DNA of 64,000 nt from Escherichia phage iGC_PHA_EC001. Where the stretch lies: the sequence record OR437326.1, one strand, 5' to 3'. Both the position numbers and the translations under genes were made by a program. This document shows, piece after piece, positions 16,134 to 25,600 of this stretch (its first letter is position 1; each line of letters begins with the position of its first letter). Below the pieces are notes generated by a model. The model did no database searches. It worked only from the letters and a program-made list of their open reading frames with translations, and was not told where the DNA came from.

Positions 16134-16764
16134 TATTTACCAACAAATAGAAGCATACGAAAATGCCATCTACTTAAATATAGGTGGCTTCCTTCAAGAA
16201 TTAGTGGGGTTGCCAGTCTATGTTATGGATAAGCCATTCATTAAACCGGATACTCCTTACCTAGCACTACGTATTATCACTTCCAGCGATTCTGGAGGTT
16301 GGTCTTACCGAAGCTCTATTCAAAATGATATGTATTCCTACGAGATGGATAATACCTACGAGATTGAACTTGTAGCCTATCGTGGAAGACCTACCACTTT
16401 GATGAGCTATGTTCTGGCTGCTCTCCGTGGTGCAGAGGAATTAAAATACAAACATCTCTATTCTAAAGGTCTTGGTTTTTTAGGAGCCTCCAATATAGCT
16501 CAAGCCAATACAATTGTAGACGGAGATAAGACTGAATTAAGAGCGCGTATGGTTATGACGTTCAACACTCGTATGAGTATTGAAGATATTGCTACTACAC
16601 CAATAGAAGCAATCAACATGCACATCCGTTCATTCAGAGATAGTTACAATGATCCTATCCCTTTAGATTTAATTCTAAACAGGGTTTATGCAATTACTTT
16701 GGTTCCAGGCGAATACTCGTCAGTCAATCAAAATGGATCATTATTTAACAACCCTACCGAATAA
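16105..16764 (+). CDS. hypothetical neck / tail-completion-region protein (219 aa)
   Basis: ORF track; precedes sheath gene. Confidence 0.4.
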   Translation: MEQKEETLANIYQQIEAYENAIYLNIGGFLQELVGLPVYVMDKPFIKPDTPYLALRIITSSDSGGWSYRSSIQNDMYSYEMDNTYEIELVAYRGRPTTLMSYVLAALRGAEELKYKHLYSKGLGFLGASNIAQANTIVDGDKTELRARMVMTFNTRMSIEDIATTPIEAINMHIRSFRDSYNDPIPLDLILNRVYAITLVPGEYSSVNQNGSLFNNPTE

Positions 16765-16798
16765 ACTCATTGGAATTAAGTTTCTAACAGGAGCATAA

Positions 16799-18172
16799 AT
16801 GGCAACTTTTCGTGAAAAGGTAGCAACCGTAACTTTACTGTATGGTGCTACATCAATTCGTGAAACCCAGTTCGATATTCCCCTGATCCTTACAGGTCAG
16901 AACGTAACTGGCGAAGCGATTCAATATTACTCTTCTTCCGATGCACTTTTGGAAGCAGGTTATGGATTAAATGATCCAGCGTATATTATGGCAGTCAAAC
17001 TGTTTAACGGTTTGTTCCCACCAGATCAAGTCATGGTTGGTAAGCGTGAAGTTACAAACTTTACTCTAACTCCAATCGTAGAAGATAGTGCAACTTACAC
17101 AATTACCATCAAAAATGGTACCAAGAAAAAAGAATTTAAATTCATTGCTGATGACACTGCAACTGCACAAGAGATTGTAGTTGGTCTGACTGAAATGATC
17201 AATGCAGATCTTGTTTATGGCCCACTGTTTACAGTAGCTAACAACGGCGCTGCAATGACTTTCACTCCAGTAGAAGGTAAGTTTGGTTCTATTGACAGCA
17301 CAGGTTTCACTCAAGAAACTGTCTATGCTAATGCTATTACGGAAGATATCGCTGCTCTGCATGATATTGATAGTAGCTGGTTCTGGACCCTTTCAGATTC
17401 CCATGAAACAGAAGATGTTCTAGCTTTGGCTGCATGGGTAGAAGAGAATGATAAAGTTTACTTCTTCTCTAGCTCTGAACCTGGAATTAAAACGAAAGCA
17501 GAAGATAACGTTCTGGAACGACTGAATGACCTCGGTTATAATAACACTTGCTTTGCTTTGTGGATGACCGATGCAGATTCTGTATTCCCAGAAGCGGCAG
17601 TTGTTGGTGCAATCTGTTCTCGTCAACCTGGTTTAACTACTCTTCACGGTAAAACACTGGTAGGTGTAGAGATCGAGAAACTGGATCAGACTTCGGAAAA
17701 CAATATTGTTCAACAGAACGGTAACATCTATCGTAAAGAGCATGGAACTCTGTTCTATCGTGATGGATTGATGGTTAGCGGTTTCTTTGTTGACTATGTT
17801 GTTCATGCTTTGTGGTTTAAAGCTCGCACAGAAGAATCACTGTTTACACTGTTTAAACAACAGTCTATGCTGGGTGGCGGTGTTCGTGCTACTTCAAACG
17901 GTCTGGCTTTGATTCGACAAGCTGTTCTGGCTAACCCGATCCAAGTAGGTATCCTCAACGGTTCCATCGCTAATGAAGTTGTTACTTCTGAAGAGACTGG
18001 TTTGCGTGTCGATCTGAAACCTATTGTTTATATTCCTTCTCGTGCCGATATGACTGATGCGCAAATCAATGCTCGTCTGGTAGATGGGATGAAGATTGAA
18101 TATGTTTACGCTGGCTTCTTCCATTACGTTAAAGTTCAGGTCAACGTCCTGACTAACCGTACTGCAAACTAA
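16799..18172 (+). CDS. putative tail sheath protein
   Basis: 457 aa followed by a 159-aa tube-like gene, chaperone and tape measure (myovirus order sheath-tube-chaperone-TMP). Confidence 0.45.
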   Translation: MATFREKVATVTLLYGATSIRETQFDIPLILTGQNVTGEAIQYYSSSDALLEAGYGLNDPAYIMAVKLFNGLFPPDQVMVGKREVTNFTLTPIVEDSATYTITIKNGTKKKEFKFIADDTATAQEIVVGLTEMINADLVYGPLFTVANNGAAMTFTPVEGKFGSIDSTGFTQETVYANAITEDIAALHDIDSSWFWTLSDSHETEDVLALAAWVEENDKVYFFSSSEPGIKTKAEDNVLERLNDLGYNNTCFALWMTDADSVFPEAAVVGAICSRQPGLTTLHGKTLVGVEIEKLDQTSENNIVQQNGNIYRKEHGTLFYRDGLMVSGFFVDYVVHALWFKARTEESLFTLFKQQSMLGGGVRATSNGLALIRQAVLANPIQVGILNGSIANEVVTSEETGLRVDLKPIVYIPSRADMTDAQINARLVDGMKIEYVYAGFFHYVKVQVNVLTNRTAN

Positions 18173-18177
18173 TACGG

Positions 18178-18200
18178 CGGGGGTTAAGCCCCCGTTATCA
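18178..18200 (+). terminator. GC hairpin after sheath gene (weak U tract)
   Basis: CGGGGG-TTAAG-CCCCCG followed by TTATCAAAAT. Confidence 0.4.
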
Positions 18201-18218
18201 AAATAAAGAGGATCTATA

Positions 18219-18698
18219 ATGGATAAAATGCTTACTGGCGTAATGGCCTACGACCCATCTCAAGTTATCCTTTCATTAGGTGGTTGGGAACCGTGGGGTT
18301 TTGCGGCTGATACTAAAATCGTTATTGCTAAATCTAACGATATTATCAACCCTTATGCAGGGACTGATGGCGACGTTTCACTAGCTTTGAGTCGTAACCG
18401 TTTGGGAACACTCACAATGTCTTTGCAACGCACATCTCCAGCTAACGAAGTACTTGCAACATATGCACAAACAATGTATTCTACTCGTCAAGTAGCATTC
18501 AGCGTTTACTTGGAAGACCCACGTGGCTATTACATTAGCACGATTGGATGGATTCAAAGTCAGCCTGAAGATACTATTGGCGAAATGATTACAGAGAACC
18601 AATGGGTTATTGGTCTTAAAGATGCAAGCCTTCTGCGTAATGAAGTTGGTGTAGGTTTGAGCACCCTTAACTCAATCTCTGCTCTGACAATTCAATAA
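18219..18698 (+). CDS. putative tail tube protein
   Basis: 159 aa between sheath-like gene and chaperone/TMP. Confidence 0.45.
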   Translation: MDKMLTGVMAYDPSQVILSLGGWEPWGFAADTKIVIAKSNDIINPYAGTDGDVSLALSRNRLGTLTMSLQRTSPANEVLATYAQTMYSTRQVAFSVYLEDPRGYYISTIGWIQSQPEDTIGEMITENQWVIGLKDASLLRNEVGVGLSTLNSISALTIQ

Positions 18699-18703
18699 TA
18701 AAT

Positions 18704-18727
18704 AAAGGGCAGAAATGCCCTTTTTAT
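18704..18727 (+). terminator. intrinsic terminator after tube gene
   Basis: GGGCA-GAAA-TGCCC followed by TTTTT. Confidence 0.6.
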
Positions 18728-18743
18728 CATTAGAGAGGAAAAT

Positions 18744-19226
18744 ATGTCACAAGAACAAGATAACACAATTCAAAAATATGCTCGACCAGAAGAAGTAGTT
18801 GAGATTCCGTTAGATGGAAACAGATCTGTTACTTTCCGTATTATGAAGTGGAGTCCATCTAAAGTGTTTGACAGGATTCCAGAATTAGGTAGTGTTCTGG
18901 TTGTTCCTATGACTATGTATAGCACAGCAACAATGTCCGCAGACGAAGACCTTGAGTCGCGTATTGCTATGGCACTGATCCAACTTTTTGCAGGTTTGGA
19001 AGAAAAGAATTTAACTGTCTTTTTGCGTAAAATTTTAGATGAGGTTTATACTCAAGACGGTTATAACGTTGCAGAAAATTTTGATGAATTATTTATGGCT
19101 CACCCAGAACTAGTGTTAGATCTTACTGCTAAAGTTCTGGAGGTAAACTACGGCCCTTTTTTCAAACGAGGTTTCGGAAAACTGTTCACACAGCTTCAGG
19201 CGATGACGAGTTTAGCAGCAAATTAA
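18744..19226 (+). CDS. tail assembly chaperone (G-like, zero-frame product)
   Basis: 160 aa directly upstream of tape measure; contains slippery heptamer near its 3' end. Confidence 0.5.
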   Translation: MSQEQDNTIQKYARPEEVVEIPLDGNRSVTFRIMKWSPSKVFDRIPELGSVLVVPMTMYSTATMSADEDLESRIAMALIQLFAGLEEKNLTVFLRKILDEVYTQDGYNVAENFDELFMAHPELVLDLTAKVLEVNYGPFFKRGFGKLFTQLQAMTSLAAN

Positions 19227-19492
19227 CACCTGCGATTGAACATGCTATCGACATAGCAACGAAAACCCTTACTTTGAAGTGGTATGAGGTTATTCTTTGC
19301 AAAGTCGTTAAAGATACCTCGGAAACACTGAAAACATTGGATAACTACGGTGTAGATTATCTTTTAAAACTATATGAGTATTTAACATACGAAGAGTATG
19401 TTGAAGCCATGTATGTTAAAGACACTTCAATAAAGAGAAAACATCAAAACCAGACAAATAAAATGTCAGATTTGTTTAAGAAACTTGTTTAA
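18744..19492 (+). CDS. tail assembly chaperone, -1 frameshift fusion product (GT-like)
   Basis: -1 frame is open from 19133 to 19492 and is entered at T_TTT_TTC (19157-19163); downstream track ORF 19274..19492 starts at TTG without its own RBS. Confidence 0.45.
19157..19163 (+). promoter_or_regulatory. programmed -1 ribosomal frameshift slippery heptamer TTTTTTC
   Basis: X_XXY_YYZ in zero frame (CCT TTT TTC); conserved position between chaperone and tape measure. Confidence 0.5.
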
Positions 19493-19512
19493 TCCAACAC
19501 GAGGAACATACT

Positions 19513-21501
19513 TTGTTAGAAATTAACGCCTCCAGAATTAGTAACGTGGTTACGTTTAAGGTGGACAAGAACAGTCTCAAGGAAGCAAAAGATGCCGTGT
19601 TGAGTGTTCAGAAGTTTGCAAATAAAATGCAACCCACTATGAACATGACCAAGTTTAGACAACAAATGAAAGAGATTGAGCGTGAACTTAAGAAAGCTCA
19701 AACTCAAAGTCAAAAACCTATGCGAGCACCTACTCCCGCTGGAGCGGGTGCTCCTGTAGGCGGATCTGGTAGACCTAGAACTCCTAAAACCCCGCAAGGA
19801 AGAGAAGAAGAAAAAGCTCGTAAAGCTGCTGAACGCGAAGCTAAAGCAGCAGCACGTAGGGAAGATTTAGGTAATCTTCGTTTGCAGAACTTTAACTATC
19901 GAGCAAGAGCATTTAGTAAAGCTAGTCCTGGCGCTATGCAAGAAGCTAGAGACGTTATGGGTAAAGCTGTAGAGCAATACAAAAAGGGTGAAATAACTCT
20001 TCAACGTATGAACCAAGCTCTTGCTCACCAGTTGGATGCTTTACGCAGATCTCATCGTGAAAAGAATGCTGAAATAGAAGACGAGGTTCGCGGTCGTCGC
20101 CGTATTCGTAGAGAGCTAGAAGCAGAAGCTAAAATGCGTATACGTATGCGAAATCGTGAACTTAGAGATATAGAACGCAACCGTAAGCGTGAATTAGCTC
20201 AACAAAAACGTGATCGTGATCGTCGATATGGACAATTAAAAGAAGGTGCAGCAGGTCTTAATCCACGCATGATTGCATCCTCTTTGATCGGTGCTGGACT
20301 GTTTGCAGGTGGTTCTGTAGTTGGTAACACTTTGATGAATACTAACGAAAGAATTAAACTTGTAAGCCGTGGCGCTGAAAACGTTCAGACAAACGCCAAC
20401 TCTATTTTAACGATGACAGCTTGGGGTGAACAGAACGGTGTAGACTCTGCAAATATTATTAAGTCAATAGATAATATTAAAGACGTTCGTGAACGTCTTG
20501 GTAATACAGTTTTAGCCTCAAAATGGAATGAGAAAGAAGGGAAGTGGAAAGGCGGTGATAATGGCATAAATGACATTATGAACTTGTTTGGATGGAATCC
20601 AGAACAGCTTAAACCTTTACAGAACGATCCTTTAGCTTTTATTCAGGCTACTGTTAATGAGGGTGAGCGTCGAGGTATGAACTCTGCTCAAATCGGGCGA
20701 CTTCTTGAAAACCTTGGTGACGACCTTATGCACTACCAACGAATGTTTAGTAAAAACGGCGAAGGATACAATGAAACATTGAAAATGCTTCAAAGAACAG
20801 GTGCAACATTAACTCAAGAACAAATAGACGCTTCTAAAGAGTTTACTCGTTTTGCTGCAACAGTTCAACTTGTAGGTCAAGGTATGCAGAACCATTTCTT
20901 AGAAGGTTTTGTAAAAGCTTTACCTAAAGATGATTCTTGGTTGGATAACGTTAAAGTGCTAGATCAGTTTGCCAAAGATTTAGGTGAAGAACTCGGTAAG
21001 ACAACAGTTCAATTAGGAGGTTTTGCTAAAGAATTGGGAGATGGTTTCGGATCTTTTACCAATTGGCTTAAAGAAACATTCCCAGATACATTCGGAGACA
21101 ACACAGATCCTAATAAATCCCTGGCCCAAAAAGCATACGAGGCAACGCAAAGTGGAGACAGCAATCCTGTAGCAGATTGGTTGTACAATTTAACAGGTAT
21201 TGATACACAAGATATTGGTCGTATGTGGAGAGGAGAACAAACAAGGACACGTGCTTTTGGATTTGGTAATCCTCTTGAAGATTTACGTGAATCAGCCTAT
21301 ACACCTAACGTAAGTTTGGCTCGTAATCAACCTGTTGTTGAGAATACGGTAGCAATACCAAGTGATCTTATCAAAGTTACGATCAGCCCTTCTTCAGAGT
21401 TTGGAAATATTCTTGATGCAAGAATTCAAAATAGCGGAAATAGCATTTTCCAACGTTTATCTCTTTCAACTCTAAGTGGACAATCTAACACTGGTGGTTA
21501 A
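19513..21501 (+). CDS. tail tape measure protein
   Basis: 662 aa, highly charged helical N-terminal half, position after chaperone pair; TTG start with GAGGA upstream. Confidence 0.6.
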   Translation: MLEINASRISNVVTFKVDKNSLKEAKDAVLSVQKFANKMQPTMNMTKFRQQMKEIERELKKAQTQSQKPMRAPTPAGAGAPVGGSGRPRTPKTPQGREEEKARKAAEREAKAAARREDLGNLRLQNFNYRARAFSKASPGAMQEARDVMGKAVEQYKKGEITLQRMNQALAHQLDALRRSHREKNAEIEDEVRGRRRIRRELEAEAKMRIRMRNRELRDIERNRKRELAQQKRDRDRRYGQLKEGAAGLNPRMIASSLIGAGLFAGGSVVGNTLMNTNERIKLVSRGAENVQTNANSILTMTAWGEQNGVDSANIIKSIDNIKDVRERLGNTVLASKWNEKEGKWKGGDNGINDIMNLFGWNPEQLKPLQNDPLAFIQATVNEGERRGMNSAQIGRLLENLGDDLMHYQRMFSKNGEGYNETLKMLQRTGATLTQEQIDASKEFTRFAATVQLVGQGMQNHFLEGFVKALPKDDSWLDNVKVLDQFAKDLGEELGKTTVQLGGFAKELGDGFGSFTNWLKETFPDTFGDNTDPNKSLAQKAYEATQSGDSNPVADWLYNLTGIDTQDIGRMWRGEQTRTRAFGFGNPLEDLRESAYTPNVSLARNQPVVENTVAIPSDLIKVTISPSSEFGNILDARIQNSGNSIFQRLSLSTLSGQSNTGG

Positions 21502-21508
21502 TAAAATA

Positions 21509-21530
21509 CCTCGCTTCGGCGGGGTTTTTT
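21509..21530 (+). terminator. intrinsic terminator after tape measure gene (UUCG tetraloop)
   Basis: CCTCGC-TTCG-GCGGGG then TTTTTT. Confidence 0.65.
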
Positions 21531-21538
21531 CGTTTCCC

Positions 21539-21568
21539 TTGACACGAAGTTTCTATATGTGTTACAAT
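21539..21568 (+). promoter_or_regulatory. sigma70-like promoter (TTGACA-N18-TACAAT)
   Basis: Immediately after terminator; precedes baseplate genes. Confidence 0.5.
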
Positions 21569-21627
21569 AATCAATATGGGAAGATCTTGCATCTTCCTTT
21601 TGGCATTATCATTACTACGAGGTTATC

Positions 21628-22329
21628 ATGGCAGCAATGACTCCACAACAGTCGGTGAGAGCCGTCTATAAGGCAGAACAGGAAATCAACTCTACCGAGA
21701 ATAAAAATACCTCGGCATCTACTGTAAAGGGTGATAATGGTTTCTGCATTTTAGCAAGTGTTTATAATAGTTCAAGTGATCAATACATTCAAAACTTTAA
21801 AGCAATTACTTTCGATTCAGTCCCTGAAATAGGTGTAACTCGTGAGGCAGATGTTACAAGTTTTCCAGTAGAATCAGGATCGGATGTAAGTGACCACGTT
21901 CAAATAAAAAACAACAGATTTAAACTTTCAGGTATAATTACCGAAACACCAATTCGGCTTATGCGAGATCAATTATACAGTGCAGGTGTAAATGGTGCAA
22001 GGATTTCTCAAGCAATAGAATATCTAGATCAAATATTTGAGTCAAGACAACCAATAGTTCTTTTGACAGAACACAGAACTTTTGAAAATGTTATCCTCAA
22101 AGGTTATTCGTATGATTATAAATCTGAATTTGCTATGCAATTTGATTTAGAGTTTGAACAAATCCGCCTCGTTTCTAAGGCCACTACTAACGCTATTGCT
22201 GTAAAAACAGCACCAAATAAGTCAACTGGTGGTGATGTGAAAGGTCAAGTTTCTTCGGATGGTCCTAAGTCAGATATTACAGTAAGAACTGGCAAAGCTA
22301 CTAATACCCCAACAAACAACGGAGGTTAA
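21628..22329 (+). CDS. hypothetical baseplate/tail protein (233 aa)
   Basis: ORF track; position after TMP. Confidence 0.4.
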   Translation: MAAMTPQQSVRAVYKAEQEINSTENKNTSASTVKGDNGFCILASVYNSSSDQYIQNFKAITFDSVPEIGVTREADVTSFPVESGSDVSDHVQIKNNRFKLSGIITETPIRLMRDQLYSAGVNGARISQAIEYLDQIFESRQPIVLLTEHRTFENVILKGYSYDYKSEFAMQFDLEFEQIRLVSKATTNAIAVKTAPNKSTGGDVKGQVSSDGPKSDITVRTGKATNTPTNNGG

Positions 22330-22331
22330 TA

Positions 22332-22745
22332 GTGACAACTTATTCTAAAACAACAAGGTCTACAAGTAACACTGGCTACAGTGCAGTTTATCTGGAGGAC
22401 CATTCTACTTATTTTGCATGGTACCTGAAAACTGAAGAGTATCCTGATCAAACATATACAGTTACATTGGATGGAGTTGATTATGACATTCGTTTAAGGT
22501 GGAACACTAGGGACGAGTCTTGGCAATGTCAGATTGGATTATCTGGAGATGATCCAAGTATAAGTTTCAAAGTTACAAATGGTTTAGATCTTCTTAAACC
22601 TTATAAATATCTTGAAAGTGTGCCAGATGGTCAATTGTATATAGTAGATACAGTCAAGATTAATGGTCGTCCTGGGTATACAACTACAGGTCGAGATAAA
22701 CGTTTTGTATTGGTTTATATTGATAACAAACCTAATCAGGCGTAA
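22332..22745 (+). CDS. hypothetical baseplate/tail protein (137 aa)
   Basis: GTG start with GGAGG upstream. Confidence 0.4.
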   Translation: MTTYSKTTRSTSNTGYSAVYLEDHSTYFAWYLKTEEYPDQTYTVTLDGVDYDIRLRWNTRDESWQCQIGLSGDDPSISFKVTNGLDLLKPYKYLESVPDGQLYIVDTVKINGRPGYTTTGRDKRFVLVYIDNKPNQA

Positions 22746-22754
22746 GGAGATAAT

Positions 22755-23765
22755 ATGGCAGAAAGAGAGTATACAAAAGCTCCTGCCCCTAATTTAAACA
22801 GGGCATACAAATTATTAATTGGTTCTGCCACAAACACAATACAGAAGAGAACTAAGAACTCGGCATTTAAATCTACAGTAGATTTGGATACCAAGTTAGG
22901 GACAACAGAAAAATCCTCTTCTAATTTGTATTTGTTGCAAGACCATCAAATAACCTTCAGTATTAAGAAAGATAATAACAAAGATCCTAACCAAGCAGAG
23001 ATTGTAGTTTATAACCTTTCGGATGATACTGTTAACTATATAAACCGTGGTATCCGAAATAACTTGGCTGTTGCTTTAGCGGTAGGATACGAAGGTGAAG
23101 AGTTGGTTATGATCTTCAAAGGAACTATCCAGTGGGTTAGTGATACTTTTGACTCGGTAGACAGGAAAACCACTTTACACTGTTTGGATGGCGGTATTAA
23201 CATTGCAGAAGCAAGAACAAGCCGCAGTTATCCAAAAGGAACTAAAATCAAACGTGTTGTGACAGATTTGGTAAAGGATTTAGGAACTACAGAAGGTAAT
23301 ATACACGTAGATAATGATCAAACCTTATCTTCAGCAACAGCTATGTGTGGAAACACTTCACATTACCTAGAACATATTTGTAAAAGTATTGATCACAATG
23401 TGTCAATACAAGATGGGTCTGTTTATGTCACTCCTCGTTCACAAATGTCTAGTGCACGTAGCGCCTATATTAGCCCTGAAACTGGTCTGATAGGAAGTCC
23501 AGAACCATTCCACAACGATATAAAACCTACTAAAAAAGTTACCAAATCCTCTAAGAAGGCAAAGAAACCTACAGATGGTGTTAAATTCAAATGCCAAATG
23601 AATGGTGCAATATTACCAGAAAAAACAATCTGGTTAAAAAGCCGAGATTATGATGGTCCATTTAAAGTAGTTTCTGTTTCTCACAACGGAGATAAAGAAG
23701 GTAAAGAGTGGGTTACTGAAGTGGAATGTGTATCCGTGTCTGAAATAATGACTAAGGAGAAATAA
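22755..23765 (+). CDS. hypothetical baseplate protein (336 aa, possible hub/gpD-like)
   Basis: Position and size only. Confidence 0.35.
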   Translation: MAEREYTKAPAPNLNRAYKLLIGSATNTIQKRTKNSAFKSTVDLDTKLGTTEKSSSNLYLLQDHQITFSIKKDNNKDPNQAEIVVYNLSDDTVNYINRGIRNNLAVALAVGYEGEELVMIFKGTIQWVSDTFDSVDRKTTLHCLDGGINIAEARTSRSYPKGTKIKRVVTDLVKDLGTTEGNIHVDNDQTLSSATAMCGNTSHYLEHICKSIDHNVSIQDGSVYVTPRSQMSSARSAYISPETGLIGSPEPFHNDIKPTKKVTKSSKKAKKPTDGVKFKCQMNGAILPEKTIWLKSRDYDGPFKVVSVSHNGDKEGKEWVTEVECVSVSEIMTKEK

Positions 23766-24499
23766 TGGATGCATTGAATTTTGTCACAGCAATGCGTGGC
23801 TTAATGACAGAACAATTAGCAGAAGTCCATACAGCCTTGCCAGTCCGTGTGACTGGCGTTAATTATGGTGCTAAAACTGTCACCTTAGAATCTATTGTTA
23901 AAAACACACGATCTAGTGAAGATGAAATAGATTATCCTACTTTTGAAGATGTTCCTTTTATGGTTAATGGTGGTGGGACAGGAAGAATCTCATTCCCTAT
24001 TAAAGCTGGCGATTTAGGAACTGTTATATTTTCTGAAAGAGATCCTTCTAATGCACTGCAAACTAGTGGAGAAACCTCTTCATCATCCACTTTTATGCAG
24101 CCTTGTGGATTATACCCTATTTGTTTTATTCCCAAAATAGCTACAGGAACAGATTCAACAGAAGCTGTAGATTCTGAAAAGGTAGTTATTTCTAATAACA
24201 AAAACACGTACGCTTCTTTCGACCCTACAGGTAATATTTCAATATGGAATAGTCAAGGGATGAAAATAGATATTACTACCTCTGGTATTACTATTACAGA
24301 TGGCACAGGGACTTTGGATCTAAAAGGTGGTAATTTAACTTTCAAAGGCGGCGTGGCAGATATCAATGGTCTTAAAATAGATCAGAACGGTTTGATGACA
24401 GATGGTAATGGCATCGGATTCCATACTCACACGCACACGGTTCGTAACATTCAGAGCGGTAGCTCAAGTGCCGAGTCCTTAAAACCAACAGGAGCCTAA
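23765..24499 (+). CDS. putative baseplate central spike (gpV-like)
   Basis: 244 aa; position before a gp25/W-like gene; Gly/Thr-rich C-terminal region compatible with a spike. Confidence 0.4.
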   Translation: MDALNFVTAMRGLMTEQLAEVHTALPVRVTGVNYGAKTVTLESIVKNTRSSEDEIDYPTFEDVPFMVNGGGTGRISFPIKAGDLGTVIFSERDPSNALQTSGETSSSSTFMQPCGLYPICFIPKIATGTDSTEAVDSEKVVISNNKNTYASFDPTGNISIWNSQGMKIDITTSGITITDGTGTLDLKGGNLTFKGGVADINGLKIDQNGLMTDGNGIGFHTHTHTVRNIQSGSSSAESLKPTGA

Positions 24500-24500
24500 C

Positions 24501-25127
24501 ATGGGAATCCCTTTTGACTTAAAACTTGGACCAAACAACGACCTCATCATGGATGATGGGGATTTGGTCCTCACTACAACCAGAACAGAAATTGCAGCAC
24601 AAACTCTTGGGATAACTCTGAACACGTATCGTGGGGAGTGGTTTTTAAATACTAACTTCGGTGTTCCTTACTTACAAGAGATTATTGGTGTTGCCAGAAA
24701 GAAAGATATTGTAGACAGAATATTTTTAGCAGAGATTGCCAAAAACGTTTACATAGATACAATAAACAGTTATAAATCTGCTTATGACATGGACCAACGT
24801 TATTATTCAATGACAGTTATGGTCACAGTTGGAGCAGATACAGTAACATCTATATTCAATACTCAACCTTCTGAAGAGTTTATTTACCCTGAAGCTGGTG
24901 AAGACAATGCAGCGATCATTTGTGAAGCTTACAGTATTGTTGAGAATTCGAATAGACTTTATCGCTTTATCAACTTTGTTGGTTTGCCACGTGATACCTA
25001 CTCTACTTGGTGGAATGAATGGTCTACAGAGTCAGCAGTGGAAAGAATCATGGTTAACGAAAAAGGTGATGCATTAGCTACAAACAATGACTTCGGTATA
25101 ACAGCTATGACAGGAGTAGAAGAGTAA
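24501..25127 (+). CDS. putative baseplate wedge protein (gp25/W-like)
   Basis: N-terminal pattern ...AAQTLGITLNTYRGEWFLNTNFGVPYLQEI resembles the gp25/GPW signature. Confidence 0.4.
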   Translation: MGIPFDLKLGPNNDLIMDDGDLVLTTTRTEIAAQTLGITLNTYRGEWFLNTNFGVPYLQEIIGVARKKDIVDRIFLAEIAKNVYIDTINSYKSAYDMDQRYYSMTVMVTVGADTVTSIFNTQPSEEFIYPEAGEDNAAIICEAYSIVENSNRLYRFINFVGLPRDTYSTWWNEWSTESAVERIMVNEKGDALATNNDFGITAMTGVEE

Positions 25128-25600
25128 TGGCAGATTTAACTACGATCAAAATTTCTGATCTTACACAAACAACCTCTGTGTCTGATACAGATTTCTTTGT
25201 AACAGATCAGGCTGGAATAACAAAGAAAACTTCTTTGAAAGTGCTGTTGAGTGGTGCAGGGGTAACTAGAAACCGTCTGAATGCACGGGGAACAGTAACT
25301 AGCACCTTGGCATTAGATATTAGTTCAGCAGAATATTTTTCTGCAACTTTATCTTCTGCAACGTGCACAATTAGTTTTACTAATATTCCAGTAGCAACAA
25401 ATGCAGTTTTAAACTTTACTTTAGCTTTGCGTCAAGGAAGTGGTGCAAATAAAGTCGTATGGCCTTCTTCTGTAAAATGGAGTTTTGGTCGTTCCCCAGT
25501 TTTGAGTTATCGTCAAGGTGCAACAGACACTTTTGAGTTTATCAGTTATGATAATGGAGCAACTTGGACAGGTAGCTTAGTTTTAGCAGGAGTTATTTAA
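25127..25600 (+). CDS. hypothetical tail protein (157 aa)
   Basis: ORF track. Confidence 0.4.
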   Translation: MADLTTIKISDLTQTTSVSDTDFFVTDQAGITKKTSLKVLLSGAGVTRNRLNARGTVTSTLALDISSAEYFSATLSSATCTISFTNIPVATNAVLNFTLALRQGSGANKVVWPSSVKWSFGRSPVLSYRQGATDTFEFISYDNGATWTGSLVLAGVI

